NCBI GenBank assembly: GCA_046052345.1
Contig: JBJOMN010000065.1
Span: 333-64,332, forward strand
Origin: Bacteroidota bacterium
GTDB lineage: Bacteria > Bacteroidota > Bacteroidia > AKYH767-A > 2013-40CM-41-45
Reading direction: 5' to 3'
DNA length: 64,000 bases
Shown in pieces: positions 10,340 to 18,918 of this stretch (positions are counted from its first letter, which is position 1; each line of letters opens with the position of its first letter). Position numbers and translations under genes: made by a program. The notes under the pieces were generated by a model. It was not told where the DNA came from. It worked only from the letters and a program-made list of their open reading frames with translations, and ran no database searches.

Positions 10340-10447
10340 CCAAATTCGGGGTTAGAGGCTGGCTTTCTTCACAATGCGTGTTAATAATTGATGGATTTGT
10401 TGAGGTAATTTCCGATATTTGAGGCCTAAATTTCGGAAAATCCCGGG

Positions 10448-10744
10448 ATGAAAAGCAAAGACGATACCAAAGAACGCCTCCTCCTTTTAGAGGACCGTAT
10501 CCGTCGGTTCATCGAACTGCACGAATCCCTGAAGGCCACCGGGCTGCGCCTTGCGGAAGAAAACGCACGGCTGGTCGCGGAATTGGAGGAAGAAAGAAAT
10601 AAATCCAGGCGTCTGGACGAGGGATACCGGAACCTGAAGCAACAGGAAACCGCCGCTACCCGTCAGCAGGTGGCCCGGATCAACAACAGAATCAACGATT
10701 TGGTCAGCGAGATAGACAAGAATATCAAACTGATCGAAGTTTAA
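10448..10744 (+). CDS. Small coiled-coil protein upstream of zapA (ZapB-like in architecture only)
   Basis: 98-aa ORF rich in E/R/L/K heptad-like sequence (LAEENARLVAELEEERNKSRRLDEGYRNLKQQE). It ends 3 nt before the zapA ORF. No diagnostic family motif was recognised. Confidence 0.6.
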   Translation: MKSKDDTKERLLLLEDRIRRFIELHESLKATGLRLAEENARLVAELEEERNKSRRLDEGYRNLKQQETAATRQQVARINNRINDLVSEIDKNIKLIEV

Positions 10745-10747
10745 ATA

Positions 10748-11077
10748 GTGGATCGGCCCATCATGGGAGAATTACTTTCAGTCAAAGTTTCCATCGCCAA
10801 CCGCACCTATCCGCTGCGTATCACGCAGGAGGAGCAGGAGCGTGTGATGAAGGCGGCGGAGATGATCAATAAGCGAGTCCGGGACTTCGAAGAAGCCTTC
10901 GCCGTCAAGGACAAGCAGGATCTTCTCGCCATGACCGCCCTTCATTTCGCCAACGAATCGATGGATCAAGATAAAACGGAGAAATCCGGATCATCCGAAC
11001 AGGAATTGCACGACCGTATCGACGGCCTAAGCCTGTTGCTGGATGAATATCTTCAGGACGAAGATTCTTCCCGCTGA
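10748..11077 (+). CDS. zapA: Cell division protein ZapA
   Basis: LSVKVSIANRTYPLRITQEEQERVMKAAEMINKRVRDFEEAFAVKDKQDLLAMTALHFANE matches the Bacteroidota ZapA pattern as I remember it. Size is ~105 aa. The start may be the ATG at 10763 rather than the GTG at 10748. Confidence 0.8.
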   Translation: MDRPIMGELLSVKVSIANRTYPLRITQEEQERVMKAAEMINKRVRDFEEAFAVKDKQDLLAMTALHFANESMDQDKTEKSGSSEQELHDRIDGLSLLLDEYLQDEDSSR

Positions 11078-11089
11078 AAACCGTTCTTT

Positions 11090-11348
11090 GAATCGCGTCG
11101 CGCCGTTCAGGGATGCCTTTTTACAGGGCCTCTCTGCGGTCGGATGGTAAGACATCCCGCATCAGTTCCGATCCGCTTTTAAACTCAACAAGACTACCAT
11201 TGGAGCCTACGCTGCGATGAATATGGGAGGCTGCGCTTCCGTGCAAACGGAATTCCCTTCGCGGGACAGCAGACCCCAGAGGTCATCAGGAAGCTCCACC
11301 CATGACTTAAGGGGTTTATTAAGTCCCCGGAATTGGTGCGGGTTTTTT
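11090..11348 (+). ncRNA. Candidate structured RNA (6S/ssrS-like sRNA or long rny 5' leader) in the zapA-rny spacer
   Basis: 343-bp non-coding gap with several hairpins found by eye. These include UUCCGU-GCAA-ACGGAA (11237-11252, GNRA loop), GACUUAA-GGGGUUUA-UUAAGUC (11304-11325) and GCGGUCGGA/UCCGAUCCGC (11136-11177). A U6 tract lies at 11343-11348. Boundaries and strand are guesses. Confidence 0.2.
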
Positions 11349-11420
11349 ATTTATCTCATTTGAAATCCCCTCTTCCGGCTTCGCACCGGCTCAGGAGGAG
11401 GGACATTAAAAAAACAACCT

Positions 11421-13001
11421 ATGGACGGATTCACCACCAACCTCATCATCCTCTCGGTAGCTGCCGCACTGGTCGGCGTACTCGCGGGATTCCTTATCTC
11501 CCGATTCATTCTGAACCGGAACCTCAAAGCCCGGGAGAACTCGGCAAACTCCAAAGCCAAAGCCATCCTCAAGGAGGCTGAAAGCGAGGCGGAGGTCATG
11601 AAGAAGAACAAGATCCTTGAAGCAAAGGAGAAGTTCCTGCAGCTCAAGTCCGAGCACGAGAAACAGATCGGAGAGAAAGACAAGCAGATCGGCATCGCCG
11701 AGAACCGTATCAAGCAGAAAGAGTCGAACCTCGCGCAGAAACTGGAACAGACGCAGAAGAAACAGCAAGAGTACGAGACGCTGCAGAACAACCTCAAGAA
11801 TCAGCTTCAGATCCTGGAAGGGAAGAAGGAGGAGCTCGCAAAGCTCCATCAGCGCCAGGTGGAGAACCTGGAGAAGATCAGCGGACTGAGCGTCGAGCAG
11901 GCCAAGTCACAACTGGTGGAGGCGTTGAAGGCTGAAGCCAAGACCGACGCCATGTCCACCATCAAGGACATCATGGAGGAGGCCAAGCTGACGGCCAACA
12001 AGGAGGCCAAGAAGATCATCATCCAGACCATCCAGCGCGTCGCTACCGAACATGCCGTCGAGAACGCCGTCACGGTATTCCCCATCGAGAACGACGAAGT
12101 GAAAGGACGCGTCATCGGCCGCGAAGGACGTAATATCCGTGCTCTGGAAGCCGCGACCGGTGTCGAGATCATTGTCGATGACACTCCGGAAACCATCATC
12201 CTTTCCTGCTTCGATCCGGTGCGCCGCGAAGTCGCCCGCCTGGCCATGCACCAGCTGGTATCCGACGGCCGCATCCACCCGGCCCGTATCGAGGAAGTCG
12301 TCGCCAAAGTGAAGCGGCAGCTGGAGGAGGAGATCGCAGAAGTCGGCAAGCGTACGGCCATCGACCTGGGCATCCACGGCTTGGCACCTGAGCTGATCCG
12401 GATGGTCGGACGTATGAAATACCGTTCTTCCTATGGGCAGAACCTCCTGCAACACTCTCGCGAAGTCGCCAACCTCTGCGCCATCATGGCCGCCGAGCTG
12501 GGATTGAACGTCAAACTCGCCAAGCGCGCCGGTCTGCTCCACGACATCGGCAAGGTGCCGGACGACGAGCCGGAACTGCCGCACGCCATCCTCGGCATGA
12601 AGTTGGCCGAGAAATTCAAGGAGAACGCGGAGGTCTGCAATGCCATCGGTGCTCACCATGACGAGATCGAGATGAACAGCATGATCTCACCGATCGTACA
12701 AGTGTGCGACGCCATCTCCGGTGCGCGCCCTGGCGCCCGTCGGGAGGTCGTCGAATCCTACATCAAGCGTCTTAAGGACATGGAAGCGCTTGCGTTGTCC
12801 TATCCCGGCGTCGAGAAGACCTTCGCCATCCAGGCAGGCCGCGAACTGCGTGTCATCGTCCAGAGCGAAAAGATCAACGACAAACAGGCCGAAGTGCTTT
12901 CGTTCGACATCGCCAACAAGATCCAGAACGAGATGACCTACCCCGGCCAGGTGAAAGTCACTGTCATTCGCGAAACGCGGGCGGTGAATTACGCGAAGTA
13001 A
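11421..13001 (+). CDS. rny: Ribonuclease Y
   Basis: 526 aa. N-terminal TM helix, long K/E-rich coiled coil, KH domain ([15 protein letters not shown]) and HD domain (LLHDIGK ... GAHHDE). Confidence 0.95.
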   Translation: MDGFTTNLIILSVAAALVGVLAGFLISRFILNRNLKARENSANSKAKAILKEAESEAEVMKKNKILEAKEKFLQLKSEHEKQIGEKDKQIGIAENRIKQKESNLAQKLEQTQKKQQEYETLQNNLKNQLQILEGKKEELAKLHQRQVENLEKISGLSVEQAKSQLVEALKAEAKTDAMSTIKDIMEEAKLTANKEAKKIIIQTIQRVATEHAVENAVTVFPIENDEVKGRVIGREGRNIRALEAATGVEIIVDDTPETIILSCFDPVRREVARLAMHQLVSDGRIHPARIEEVVAKVKRQLEEEIAEVGKRTAIDLGIHGLAPELIRMVGRMKYRSSYGQNLLQHSREVANLCAIMAAELGLNVKLAKRAGLLHDIGKVPDDEPELPHAILGMKLAEKFKENAEVCNAIGAHHDEIEMNSMISPIVQVCDAISGARPGARREVVESYIKRLKDMEALALSYPGVEKTFAIQAGRELRVIVQSEKINDKQAEVLSFDIANKIQNEMTYPGQVKVTVIRETRAVNYAK

Positions 13002-13012
13002 GGCCGGCTTTC

Positions 13013-13124
13013 GGGTTGCGAAATGCGGGTTGCGGGTTGCGGGTTGCGGGTTGCGAGGTGCAGGTTGCGGGTTGCGGGTTGCGAGTTGCGGGTTGCGGGT
13101 TGCGGGTTGCGAGGTGCAGGTTGC
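13013..13124. repeat. Tandem heptanucleotide array (GGGTTGC), 16 units
   Basis: Parsed by hand in 7-nt register. There are 10 perfect GGGTTGC units plus variants GAAATGC, GAGGTGC (x2), AGGTTGC (x2) and GAGTTGC. A higher-order pattern ends twice in GAGGTGC-AGGTTGC. Confidence 0.95.
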
Positions 13125-13140
13125 GACGGCTGATTGACGA

Positions 13141-13210
13141 CCACTAACCACTAACCACTAACCACTAACCACTAACTACAACCACAAACCACTAACCATT
13201 AGCTGCTAAC
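13141..13210. repeat. Tandem heptanucleotide array (CCACTAA): 5 perfect plus ~5 degenerate units
   Basis: CCACTAA x5 (13141-13175), followed by CTACAAC, CACAAAC, CACTAAC, CATTAGC and TGCTAAC. The array ends 15 nt before the ATG at 13226. Confidence 0.9.
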
Positions 13211-13225
13211 TGACCTTACGCACCT

Positions 13226-14464
13226 ATGCTCCGCTCTCCGGTTTTCCGGCAATTCCTCCTCTACAGTTCCGGAGCGTTGTTTCTGCGGGGCGTATCCTTC
13301 CTTCTGATTCCCGTCTACACGCGCCTGCTCGATCCTGCAGAGTACGGCCGGCTAGACCTGGTGCTGACCGTCTCCTATACGCTGGAGCTTTTCTTCTCGT
13401 GGGGTTTGCTGCAGGTGATGCAGATGGACTACTACAAGTTCAACGAGGAAGAGCGCTCCGTCTGGCTGTCGCGCATACTCACGCTGTACACGTTCCTTTC
13501 CGGGGGAATGTATGCCGTCACGTTGCTGGTAATGCCGGCAGCAGCGGAATCCCACGAAGTGTCGCGTGCGTTGTTGTTACCGGCCCTTTCCACATCCTTT
13601 CTTAATTTCTACCAAGGCTTCCTGCTGATACGGCTCCGGTTCTCGGAACGACCCAAAGTATTCACCGGGATGCAGGTCGGACTCGGCCTGCTTTCACTGA
13701 CACTCAACCTGCTTTTTGTGGTCGTATTGCAGTCCGGAATTTCCGGAATCATCTATTCCAACCTTGTTACGGTCGCTGTTGCAGCCGTAGCGCTGTTCGG
13801 CTTTCATCGCGAAAGAGCCGGCGTGAAGCCTCGTATTTTGATGCGTTCTTCCATTTCCGGTCTGCTGCGTCACGGAGTGCTTTTCCTTCCGGGGCTGCTG
13901 TCCTATTGGCTGATGAGTGCTGCAGGACGTTGGTTCCTTCTCAATCATTCGGGCATCGACCACGTCGGCCTCTATTCCGTGGCGACACGTTTCAGTTTCA
14001 TCGTGGAGCCGCTGGTCCTTCAGCCGCTGCTCAATGCCTGGACGCCGAAAATGCTGAAGGGGTTCGCCGCCGGTGATTATAAGGTCAGGATCGCCCGGTG
14101 GGTGGTTCCGGTGATTGTCGCCGCTGCTGCCGGAGGATTTCTCCTGCAGCTCGTGGCCGGTTGGGTGGTGGACGAGTCGTATCGTGAAGGTTTGTCGGTC
14201 ATTCCTGTACTTGTTCTTGGAACAGGCTTCAGTCTGTTGGCGCAGGCATCCGCGCAGCTGGTGATTTTCCGACGTAAGGTACATCTCACCATGAGCGGAA
14301 TAGTGACCGGATTATGTGTGACCATGGCGGCGAATTACCTGCTGGTTCCCCGCTTCGGTGTCTACGGTGCGGCCATTTCCACGCTGGCCGGTAACATCTG
14401 CTGGTTCCTTATCGTGTACGGATTCTTCCTGCGGGAGCGGAGCAGGGCGGAGGCGGGTCGTTGA
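13226..14464 (+). CDS. Oligosaccharide flippase (Wzx / polysaccharide biosynthesis protein family)
   Basis: 412-aa ORF that is almost entirely hydrophobic helices (~12 TM), with the length and composition of the MOP/Wzx family. First gene of a glycan locus. Confidence 0.75.
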   Translation: MLRSPVFRQFLLYSSGALFLRGVSFLLIPVYTRLLDPAEYGRLDLVLTVSYTLELFFSWGLLQVMQMDYYKFNEEERSVWLSRILTLYTFLSGGMYAVTLLVMPAAAESHEVSRALLLPALSTSFLNFYQGFLLIRLRFSERPKVFTGMQVGLGLLSLTLNLLFVVVLQSGISGIIYSNLVTVAVAAVALFGFHRERAGVKPRILMRSSISGLLRHGVLFLPGLLSYWLMSAAGRWFLLNHSGIDHVGLYSVATRFSFIVEPLVLQPLLNAWTPKMLKGFAAGDYKVRIARWVVPVIVAAAAGGFLLQLVAGWVVDESYREGLSVIPVLVLGTGFSLLAQASAQLVIFRRKVHLTMSGIVTGLCVTMAANYLLVPRFGVYGAAISTLAGNICWFLIVYGFFLRERSRAEAGR

Positions 14465-14530
14465 ACATGTTGTCCCGGTTGAAAAACGCCTTCTGTCCGG
14501 TTTCAATGCTGCACCTTAGGTTCCGTACCT

Positions 14531-15835
14531 TTGAATGACAGAATTTTGTACTCCGTCTACGTGCAACTGATACCACTTCGACTCAGGAACAGCGAGTTCT
14601 TCCGTAACGTCTTCACGCTTACGGCCGGAACCTTCCTGGCGCAACTGGTCACGGTGTTGCTCACCCCGGTGCTCTCCCGCTTATATACGCCGGCGGATTA
14701 TGCGGTGTTTGCGCTGTTCACCTCGTTTGTCTCGCAAGTTGCTGTCGGGGCCTCCCTGCGTTTGGAAATGGCTTTACCGACTGTCCAGGATGACCGTGAG
14801 GCCGACGGACTCACCAGGCTTGCATTCAGGATCGTTTCCGTGGTCAGCCTCCTGAGCATGATTGCCCTTGTAGTCTGGCTAAGGTTCATCGGTAGCACCG
14901 GCGGCAGTTCGTGGGTGCTGCTTTTGGCTCCTTTGGGCATCCTCTTTACGGCTCTGATGCAGGTGCTGAACATGGCATCCTCCCGTGCAAAGACCTTCCG
15001 GCTGAATTCCATGGCCCGCATCGTGCTCAGTCTGGTAACCGGTACGGTCTCGATGCTGCTCGGTTGGATGGGATGGGGAGCGAACGGATTGATCTTCGGC
15101 ATGCTGGGAGGGCTTCTGGCAGGGACGTGGGTGCTGTGGCATCCGCAGCGCAAAAACGTGCACAGTGCCGTGAAGGGTCCCTATCCTGACCGTCATTATT
15201 TCCGTAAGTTCCGTCAGTACGTCTTTGTGAACACACCGCATGCGCTCGTGGATACGCTGGAGGTGTCCGGAATCCTTTTTCTGATGAACAGGTGTTACAC
15301 CCAGGCGGAGATCGGTTCCTATTTCTTTGCGTACAGGCTATTGAAGCTGCCGGTGGCACTGATCGGTGCGGCAGTGTTCCAGGTCTTTTATCAGCGGATG
15401 GCGGAGGCAAGAAGTGAAGGTCGTCCTCTCGCACCTATGATCCGCAGTGTTTATCGGCAAATGGCCCTGGTTGGACTTCCGGTGTTCTTGGTGCTGATGT
15501 TCTTTTCCGACGATGTCTTCCCCTTCGTATTCGGCAAAGAATGGAAGCTGGCAGGCATGCTGGCCAGCGTCATGTCTCCTTGGCTCTTCTTCAATTTCCT
15601 CGCTTCCGCTGTTTCCAGCGTCGGATTGTTATTGAATTTCCAAAAGCAGGCTTTCGCCATTGCAATAGTCGATATAAGTTTCCGCATGGGATTTCTCCTG
15701 ATCGGGGGAGGTTTGTTCGGTTTCTCCGCCATGGTGTCATATCTGGCAGCATTTTCTTCTTTGGTCATGGTTTTCGCCACGTGGTGGTACCATCATATCG
15801 CACGTAAAAATGATCTCGCTGAAGCAACTGTCTGA
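14531..15835 (+). CDS. Second Wzx-like flippase / polysaccharide biosynthesis membrane protein
   Basis: 434-aa multi-TM ORF beginning NVFTLTAGTFLAQLVTVLLTPVLSRLYTPADYAVFALF, the typical N-terminus of polysaccharide biosynthesis (Wzx-type) proteins. The listed start is a TTG. Confidence 0.75.
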   Translation: MNDRILYSVYVQLIPLRLRNSEFFRNVFTLTAGTFLAQLVTVLLTPVLSRLYTPADYAVFALFTSFVSQVAVGASLRLEMALPTVQDDREADGLTRLAFRIVSVVSLLSMIALVVWLRFIGSTGGSSWVLLLAPLGILFTALMQVLNMASSRAKTFRLNSMARIVLSLVTGTVSMLLGWMGWGANGLIFGMLGGLLAGTWVLWHPQRKNVHSAVKGPYPDRHYFRKFRQYVFVNTPHALVDTLEVSGILFLMNRCYTQAEIGSYFFAYRLLKLPVALIGAAVFQVFYQRMAEARSEGRPLAPMIRSVYRQMALVGLPVFLVLMFFSDDVFPFVFGKEWKLAGMLASVMSPWLFFNFLASAVSSVGLLLNFQKQAFAIAIVDISFRMGFLLIGGGLFGFSAMVSYLAAFSSLVMVFATWWYHHIARKNDLAEATV

Positions 15836-16496
15836 GGTCCTTCGCATGCCGGAGAAGACCGTTTGTCTGGGCGATAGTGATGCCGACAGGCGATTATTCG
15901 AATCATTCACCTCGAGGCATCCGAAATTCCCACTTATCAGCAGGAAGACGGTCGGTGTGGCTTTGTTGCCACTGGATGACTTCAAGACATCGGAGGATTA
16001 TCTTGAAAGCGTAGGCGGTAAGAATTCCGCCGCTTACTTTTCCCGGAAGGCCATTCGTGCGGGCTACGCTTACGCAGCATTTGATCCCAATTCAAGGGCC
16101 GACGACATACAGCGGATTCACCTGAGCTCACCGGAGCGGCAGGGTAAAAAGATGGACAGTTCTTACCGGACCGGGTTCGGCGAATATCCTTCCGACAGGA
16201 GGAATTCATTCTACGGTGTCTTCAAAGGGGATGAGCTGGTAGCTTATATTTGGATTGTCCGTTCGGGTCAATTGTTGCTGATGAACCGTATCATGGGGCA
16301 TGCCGATCATCTGCGTAACGGTGTGATGTACCTGCTGGTCAGTTCCCTTATCCGGCAGGAGATCGACAAGGAAGGGGCGCAAGGTCGGTTTGTCATGTAT
16401 GATACCATGTTAGGCGCCTCTGCAGGTCTGAGGATGTTCAAGGAACGGTGCGGGTTCAGGCCCTACAGGTTAAAATGGCGACTTCCCGTAAAATGA
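15810..16496 (+). CDS. GNAT-fold acyltransferase-like protein
   Basis: 228 aa. The C-terminal half (YGVFKGDELVAYIWIVRSGQLLLMNRIMGHADHLRNGVMYLLVSSLI...FKERCGFRPY) resembles the GNAT/FemAB-like acceptor-CoA core. The match is weak. The start may be Met-13 (15846). Confidence 0.45.
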   Translation: MISLKQLSEVLRMPEKTVCLGDSDADRRLFESFTSRHPKFPLISRKTVGVALLPLDDFKTSEDYLESVGGKNSAAYFSRKAIRAGYAYAAFDPNSRADDIQRIHLSSPERQGKKMDSSYRTGFGEYPSDRRNSFYGVFKGDELVAYIWIVRSGQLLLMNRIMGHADHLRNGVMYLLVSSLIRQEIDKEGAQGRFVMYDTMLGASAGLRMFKERCGFRPYRLKWRLPVK

Positions 16497-17281
16497 ATCC
16501 GGCACATCGCATATACTCCGATTACTTCCTCCCCTCAAGGTTGGGAGAATATGACAGCATTCTCCTCACTGCCCTGGAGAAAGGCTATGAGCACATGACG
16601 TTGACGGATTTCCGGTCGGTGGTCTCCTCCGGATCCTCCGGGTCTTATTCCGGGATATTCCTTCATCGTCACGATATCGACACCGATGTGTCCACTGCGG
16701 GATTGATTTTTAACACCGAGAAGAAACGCGGTATCAGATCCAGTTATTATTTCCGCCTCTCAACGCTGGATTTCGAATTGATGAAAGAGATACATGATTA
16801 CGGCAGCGAAGTCGGTTATCACTATGAGGAGATCGCCACGTTCTGTAAGCGAAACGGTATAAAGGATGTGGAGACCGTCAAAAGCAGGATGGGGGAGATC
16901 CGGGATGCTTTTTTGGAAAATCTCGCATTTGTTGAAAAGGGCTGCGGTTTCAAGATCCGCTCCATCGCTTCCCACGGTGATTTCGTGAACAGAAAGTTGG
17001 GAATGCCCAATCATGCATTGGTGGACGCCGTATTCCTTAGTGAAACAGGTGTCGGATTAGAGTGCTATGATCCCTTGTTGGTTCGCGAATATTCTGTCAT
17101 TATTTCGGATGCGCCTTATCCGCATTTCTACCGCCCACTTGATCCTTTCACCGCAATCTCGGAAAGCCGCAAGGTGATTTATATGCTTACCCATCCCCGT
17201 CATTGGAGATCATCCGTCCTGGTCAACCTGAAAGACGATATCCTCAGGGCTTGGGAAGGATTCAAATACCGCATGTCATGA
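16493..17281 (+). CDS. Polysaccharide deacetylase-like protein (divergent CE4 type)
   Basis: HRHDIDTD ... KKRGIRSSYYF ... YGSEVGYHYEE resembles the RHDVD / G-I-R-S-T-F-F / GHE-I-G-LH pattern of divergent polysaccharide deacetylases. I moved the start to the ATG at 16493, which overlaps the upstream stop as ATGA. Confidence 0.55.
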   Translation: MNPAHRIYSDYFLPSRLGEYDSILLTALEKGYEHMTLTDFRSVVSSGSSGSYSGIFLHRHDIDTDVSTAGLIFNTEKKRGIRSSYYFRLSTLDFELMKEIHDYGSEVGYHYEEIATFCKRNGIKDVETVKSRMGEIRDAFLENLAFVEKGCGFKIRSIASHGDFVNRKLGMPNHALVDAVFLSETGVGLECYDPLLVREYSVIISDAPYPHFYRPLDPFTAISESRKVIYMLTHPRHWRSSVLVNLKDDILRAWEGFKYRMS

Positions 17282-17856
17282 TAGCTCGTGTAAGACACTT
17301 TTTCTTGAAATTCTTCTCTCCCGTAATGGTCGGACGATACAAAAGGCCGGACGGTGTGCTTCTTCCCTCAACCAGGATCAGTAACACGACCTATGTGGAG
17401 TGTCCCGCCCGGCTTGCAATAGGAGATAACGTGTTCATCGGACATTTCAATTTCATAGATGCCAGCCAGGGACTCATTATCGGAGAAGGCTGCCAGATTA
17501 CGAATTATGTCTCGATACTCACTCATTCGAGCCATATATCCATACGGCTGTATGGCCCGGATTATACCGGGCACAAGGACCATCACGGATATGTCAGAGG
17601 AAAGGTGGAAATCGGTGCATACACCTTCGTAGGACCTCACTCGGTGATCATGCCGGGATCCAGCATCGGAAAGGGAAGCATTGTTTCCGCCTTCAGTTAC
17701 GTGAAAGGGGAGTTTCCGGACTTTTCAATAATTTCGGGCAATCCTGCTGTCAGGACCGGAGATACACGGGACCTTGACCGTCCGTACCTTGAAAAGCATC
17801 CTGAACTCATGGTACTTTACCAAAGCTGGTCCAAGGACGAATCCTTGAGAAGTTGA
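17278..17856 (+). CDS. Hexapeptide-repeat (left-handed beta-helix) O-acetyltransferase
   Basis: IGDNVFIGHFNFIDASQGLIIGEGCQITNYVSI ... VEIGAYTFVGPHSVIMPGSSIGKGSIVSAFSYV shows imperfect [LIV]-G-x4 hexapeptide periodicity. The start was moved to the ATG at 17278 (ATGA overlap with the upstream stop). Confidence 0.8.
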   Translation: MIARVRHFFLKFFSPVMVGRYKRPDGVLLPSTRISNTTYVECPARLAIGDNVFIGHFNFIDASQGLIIGEGCQITNYVSILTHSSHISIRLYGPDYTGHKDHHGYVRGKVEIGAYTFVGPHSVIMPGSSIGKGSIVSAFSYVKGEFPDFSIISGNPAVRTGDTRDLDRPYLEKHPELMVLYQSWSKDESLRS

Positions 17857-17865
17857 TAAGAACCG

Positions 17866-18918
17866 ATGCGAAAACTGCTGCTCGTCGGCACCGATACGGT
17901 GCATGTGTACAATTACATTGAGCTTGTCAAGGGATATTTCGACCGGGTGCTTCTTGTCTCAAACGCCATTAACAAGGACTACCGCGGAGAAGTGGTAGCA
18001 GTTGACTTTTCCATGCGCCATCCATTGTCCATCTTCAGGACTCCTACCGCGATACGCAAGGCGATAGAGGATTTCCGCCCTTCCGTCATACATGTACATC
18101 AGGCGAACTCGGTGGCATGGTATTTATTCCGGGCCTTGAAGGGACGCGATATTCCTGTCGTACTTACCGCATGGGGAAGCGACATACTGGTTGCCCCCGG
18201 TCGAAACATCTTTCTGCGCAGGATGATCGCCGACAACCTGAGGAAAGCCACCGTTCTTACATCCGACTCTCGCCATATGGCGGATGAAATGCGTCGTCTG
18301 ATCGGGGCTCCTTCACCTGAAATACTCATCGCCAATTTCGGTATCGACACGGATTTCTCGGCAACTCCGAAAGAGAAGGTCATATACTCCAATCGGCTTC
18401 ACAAGCCAATCTACAGGATAGAGGCGGTGCTGGCAGCCTTCTCCAAGTTCTTGTCAAAGCCTTCGAATGCCGACTGGCGACTGTCCGTCGCAGCCGTGGG
18501 AGAAGAGACCGGTCGCCTGAAAACACTTGCCGCCGATCTGGGAATTGCCGAAAAGGTAACCTTCGAGGGGTGGGTTTCCCGCCGGGAAAATGCGATGCTG
18601 TATGCAAAGGCTGCCGTCTTCGTCTCCATCCCGGAGAGTGATGCAACTTCCATCAGTCTTCTGGAGGCCATGTCGCATGGATGTATTCCCGTGGTCTCAG
18701 ATCTTCCGGCGAACCGTGAATGGATTCGTGACGGAGAGAACGGTGTGATCGTAAAGGACGTCAATGAGGACTTTTTCTCACGTGTCGCGGAAATAGATGC
18801 GGCGAATGCCGCCGGAATCAATCGGGATATCATCTCCAAGGAAGCCACCAAGGAGGTGAATCGTGCAAGATTCCTTGACTGTTATGACCGATTACTTTCC
18901 GGCTCTGCTACCTGCTGA
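17866..18918 (+). CDS. Glycosyltransferase, GT4 family (GT-B fold)
   Basis: 350 aa with a C-terminal E-x7-E region: SIPESDATSISLLEAMSHGCIPVVSDLPANREWI. Confidence 0.85.
   Translation: MRKLLLVGTDTVHVYNYIELVKGYFDRVLLVSNAINKDYRGEVVAVDFSMRHPLSIFRTPTAIRKAIEDFRPSVIHVHQANSVAWYLFRALKGRDIPVVLTAWGSDILVAPGRNIFLRRMIADNLRKATVLTSDSRHMADEMRRLIGAPSPEILIANFGIDTDFSATPKEKVIYSNRLHKPIYRIEAVLAAFSKFLSKPSNADWRLSVAAVGEETGRLKTLAADLGIAEKVTFEGWVSRRENAMLYAKAAVFVSIPESDATSISLLEAMSHGCIPVVSDLPANREWIRDGENGVIVKDVNEDFFSRVAEIDAANAAGINRDIISKEATKEVNRARFLDCYDRLLSGSATC

Noticed and set aside
11351-12659. Several 147-250-aa minus-strand and alternate-frame ORFs within rny
   Set aside because: They are antisense or out of frame relative to a full-length RNase Y with TM, KH and HD motifs. 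They are low-complexity translations of the K/E-rich coiled-coil coding region.
12687-13151. 154-aa minus-strand ORF containing the repeated peptide ATRNPQ/PATRNPQ
   Set aside because: The repeat peptide is just the translation of the GGGTTGC array. The rest of the ORF is antisense to the well-supported rny 3' end. No start context or independent support was seen.
13013-13210. Heptamer arrays considered as a CRISPR array or telomere-like sequence
   Set aside because: The 7-nt units are directly adjacent with no spacers, so this is not a CRISPR array. The sequence is internal to a chromosome segment flanked by genes, so it is not a replicon end. It is kept as a simple tandem repeat.
13002-13225. 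Invertible (shufflon-type) promoter in front of the glycan locus, as in Bacteroides capsule loci
   Set aside because: I found no inverted repeats flanking the region and no recombinase or UpxY/UpxZ-like genes nearby. Only direct tandem repeats are present.
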